A DNA stretch of 64,000 nucleotides, taken from contig MQRK01227869.1 of assembly GCA_001938485.1 (NCBI GenBank), forward strand, positions 1 to 64,000, written 5' to 3'. The DNA is from Girardia tigrina. Taxonomy: Eukaryota. Numbering within the stretch: position 1 is the first letter of the stretch; the number at the start of each line of letters is the position of its first letter. The notes below the pieces were generated by a model. That model worked only from the letters and a program-made list of their open reading frames with translations, did not search any database and was not told the DNA's origin. The translations under genes were made by a program, and so were the position numbers. Of this stretch, positions 63,522 through 64,000 are shown one piece after another.

Positions 63522-64000
63522 ATTAACAACATCAATATGAGGTTTACAACATTTATTAATATCACAAGCACATTCACTATTGCACATTTTTTTGATCAAT
63601 ATATTTCTGAATTCATGCTAATTATTTTCAATAAATGAAAATCTTTGAATAAAAATTATTAATTATAAAGAATCTAATTGGTTAAAATTAAATCTAAACA
63701 TTTTTAAAAAAGTACATATTAAATTAATATATTAAAATAATATAATATATAATATATTAAATTAATATAATAATATATTATATATATATATATAGTAATA
63801 TATTATATATTAATATTTTACATTAAAAATTAAATAATACATTCAAAAATTATTTTAAATCTTTTTTACTTTAAAATTAAATTAAATTATTTTTAATTAG
63901 GAATCAAAGAAAATATCAATCATCCATCTGTGTAGGAGAGGCATAATCCGAATCAACCTACAACATGCACAATATCAACACACAATTCAATATATTCCTC

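Larger units (their letters stand above)
60961..64000 (-). mobile_element. Ty3/gypsy retrotransposon family A, 3'-truncated: 5' LTR (63521->64000), PBS, gag, protease, partial RT
   Basis: LTR matches the solo LTRs; PBS TGGCGACCACAGC; gag MATTAHVTTNIMGHEKFNGSESKLDDFI; protease CLLDTGAKVNVV; RT SSPWN...RVCVDFRQLN...YFSTIDL..AYYQV...KTAF...RMPFG. Confidence 0.95.

Overview
Very AT-rich eukaryotic (metazoan) DNA from a gapped draft assembly (N runs at about 6245-6294, 32413-32507, 44127-44492, 57076-57242). The 18S fragment is metazoan/protostome-like; the AT richness and ~47-70 nt introns would fit a triclad flatworm, but that is unverified inference. The window is almost entirely decayed transposable elements: a THAP/P-like transposase pseudogene, Tc1/mariner, hAT and piggyBac-type elements, DINE-1/HINE-like ends, several Penelope-like element (PLE) 3' ends with minimal hammerhead ribozymes, and a group of related Ty3/gypsy LTR families. 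That group comprises five solo LTRs with perfect 5-bp TSDs, several partial LTRs, and one truncated gag-PR-RT element. The only candidate intact host gene is a small ashwin-like ORF. Most notable observations: (1) a dispersed element (2 copies) built from 21-bp-phased RFX X-box palindromes plus CCAAT/Y-boxes; (2) an LTR family whose copies end TG...TA, with the PBS flush against the LTR and the gag start overlapping it; (3) a chimeric in-frame SOSS-B(SSB1)-RFC4 pseudogene plus other end-less host-sequence patches; (4) a tandem micro-exon/mini-intron array beside ~102-bp repeats; (5) hammerhead ribozymes of several PLE families, two of them in tail-out inverted structures. All homology calls come from motif recognition by eye, not database searches.
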